A stretch of 64,000 bases of DNA from an uncultured Thermoleophilaceae bacterium (GTDB taxonomy: Bacteria; Actinomycetota; Thermoleophilia; Solirubrobacterales; Thermoleophilaceae): assembly GCA_963789705.1 (NCBI GenBank), contig CAWBLN010000008.1, forward strand, positions 83,474 through 147,473, given 5' to 3'. The notes beneath the pieces were generated by a model that saw only the letters and a list, made by a program, of their open reading frames with translations, was not told the DNA's origin and made no database searches. Shown here in pieces: positions 63,939-64,000 of the stretch (the stretch's first letter is position 1; each line of letters starts with the position of its first letter). Position numbers and translations under genes: made by a program.

Positions 63939-64000
63939 CCGCAAACCTCCCTCGCTTATTCGCTCACGGCCGGCGGCCTGAGCGTCCAACCTCTGGCGGG

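Overview
This is a very GC-rich chromosomal segment of actinobacterial type, with no rRNA, CRISPR array, transposase or integrase visible by eye.

Gene content, in order along the window:
- A conserved replication and recombination block (recR, ybaB, dnaX).
- A CapA-like gene and a disrupted AceE-type E1 gene.
- A canonical SRP RNA, then ridA.
- A kynurenine-pathway pair.
- tRNA-Val(CAC).
- A roughly 27 kb stretch (about 15.7 to 40.7 kb) of accessory, stress-type genes: DUF1269, DUF2252, SHOCT, an AhpD-like protein, a Na+/H+ antiporter, SMP-30 with zwf, GH15, and small 4-TM proteins.
- An ECF sigma operon, then alkA and rlmA.
- An MBOAT plus three-SGNH glycan O-acetylation cluster.
- A gamma-glutamylation (Puu/GlnA3-like) amine-catabolism island.
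- glpK and two tandem APC permeases.

Main hunt results:
1. An orientation-locked motif of about 27 nt recurs 11 times, always in intergenic DNA in front of the stress-type genes. It is a candidate undescribed regulon signal (operator, unusual promoter or 5' hairpin).
2. Paralogous DUF2252 and PAP2 copies show deletion remnants and mosaic identity. A 4.9 kb LuxR-CMD-MFS cassette appears wedged into a divergent motif pair.
3. A 170-nt rod-shaped element with a 13x13 bubble sits next to dnaX, in the slot where the SRP RNA often lies. The true SRP RNA is 4.6 kb away.
4. At least 14 single-base frame disruptions were found, most of them placed at short C/G runs. Sequencing error must be excluded before any of these genes is called a pseudogene.
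5. Two flavoproteins have lost their redox cysteines, and one of them is fused to a pseudo-receiver domain.

All family assignments come from reading signature motifs by eye. No database search or RNA covariance model was run.
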